Shown here: piece after piece, positions 62,593 through 64,000 of the stretch
Layout: the number at the start of each line of letters is the position of its first letter
Position numbering within the stretch: the stretch's first letter is position 1
Assembly: GCF_009914755.1 (NCBI RefSeq)
Contig: NC_060927.1
Reading direction: 5' to 3' (one strand)
DNA: 64,000 bases
Source of the DNA: the human T2T-CHM13v2.0 reference genome, Homo sapiens
Notes under the pieces: model-generated
What the model saw: the letters and a program-made list of their open reading frames with translations, nothing else
Databases searched by the model: none
Told to the model about the DNA's origin: nothing
Made by a program: the position numbers and the translations under genes

Positions 62593-62907
62593 CTTTTCTT
62601 TTTTTTTTATTTTTAAATTTGAGACAGGGTCTTACTCTGTCTGTCACCGAGGCTGGAGTGTAGTGACATGATCTTAGCTCACTACAGCCTCAACCTCCTG
62701 GGCTCAAGCAATCCTCCCACCTCAGCCTCCTGAGTAGCTGAGACTACAGGCAACACTGCCATGCCTGGTTAATTATTTTTTAATTTTTGTAGAGAGAGGG
62801 TTTTGCCATGTTCCTGAGGCTTTTCTCGAACTCCTGGGCTCAAGCCATGCTCCTTCCTCAGCCTCCCAAAGTGCTGGGATTACAGGTGTGAGCCACCACA
62901 CCTGGCC
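62593..62907 (-). mobile_element. AluJ inside the old L1M
   Basis: GAGACAGGGTCTTACTCTGT...CTCCTGGGCTCAAGC (J-type)...CCTGGCC. Confidence 0.92.
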
Positions 62908-63862
62908 TTCTGTTTCTACTATAGGCATTTATTTGTTGCTGTAAATTTTGCTGTAAGCACTAATTTAATTGTATCCCACAGATTTTGATATGTTGCATTT
63001 TCATCACTTTTAGTTCAATACATTTTTTTTATTTCCCTTGAAACTTTCTCATTAAACTTTAGATTATTTAAAAATGTGTTGCTTAGTTTCCAAATGTTTG
63101 GTGATTTTCCTGTTATCTCTTTGTTATTCACTTCTAGTATGATTTCATTAAGGTCATAAAACATATTTTATAAGATTTAAATTATTTTAAGTTTGTTATA
63201 GTTTGTTTTATGACCCAGTATGTACTCTATCTTGATGATTTTTCATGTGCCTTTGAAGAGAAGTATATTCTGCTACGGTTGTGGAATATACCATATATTC
63301 CACATGGATGGGTTGTGACTATGCTAATTAAATCTTGCTAATTATGGAATTGTTTATTTCATCGCTATCCTTACTAATTTTCAGTCTAGTCAGTTATAAA
63401 TTACTGGGAGAGGGGTGTTAAAGTCCTCTAACTATAATTGTGTATTTCTCAATTTCTCTATTCATTCCTGTCAGCTTTTACATCAAGTATTTTGAAGTTT
63501 TGCTGTTTGATGTACACACATTGAAGATTGTTACATCTTATTGGTAAAGTGACCATTTTATCATTATATAATGATCATCGTTTTCCTAGTAATTTTCTTT
63601 ATTATGATGTTTCCTAGGTGTTACATTAATATATCCATTCCAGCTTTATTTTAATTAGTATTTACATGTTATATCTTTTCCACCATTTTTCTTTTATTCT
63701 ACCTATATCATTGTAAGTGAATTTCTTACAGACAATATATAGGTGGATGATGCTTTTATTCATTCTGATCATCTTTGTCTTTCAATTGCTATCTTTAGAC
63801 TAAAGGTTGGACTTTTTTGTAAATGACTTCATAGTAAATATTTTCGGCTTTTCATGCCATAT

Positions 63863-63904
63863 ATAGTCTTTGTTTTATAGTCTTTGTTTTATAGTCTTTG
63901 TTTT
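63863..63904. repeat. Perfect 14-bp tandem triplication
   Basis: ATAGTCTTTGTTTT x3, within a MER58-like fragment. Confidence 0.9.
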
Positions 63905-64000
63905 GTTTAAACAACCCTGTACATGTAAAAACCAAAAAATGAGCAAACTAAGAATATAGGGAACTTCCTGAACTTCATAAGGAGCATCCATTAAAAACCT

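Overview
This is primate (very likely human) genomic DNA that is AT-rich and repeat-dense, with no host protein-coding exon I can support. All long ORFs come from LINE-1 or are low-complexity artefacts. The window holds two near full-length young L1PA elements in inverted orientation about 45 kb apart (5287-10726 minus; 56244-61275 plus), several truncated L1s, about 10 Alus, MaLR/ERVL/ERV1 solo LTRs, MER DNA transposons, L2 remnants and simple repeats. Four observations stand out. (1) The two inverted L1s share a ~640-bp near-identical tract carrying the same frameshifts, which points to ectopic gene conversion or recurrent inversion. (2) Two neighbouring L1s each contain a templated copy of unique DNA lying 0.9-2.4 kb away on their 5' side. 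(3) A ~1.7-kb stretch reads, on the minus strand, as a very decayed RTE-like LINE reverse transcriptase. (4) There are several small rearrangements: an L1 5' internal deletion, an inverted segment inside an old L1, a self-inverted Alu piece and a perfect 17-bp hairpin. I found no evidence for a new gene system. Repeat subfamily names and consensus comparisons are from memory and need RepeatMasker/Dfam confirmation.
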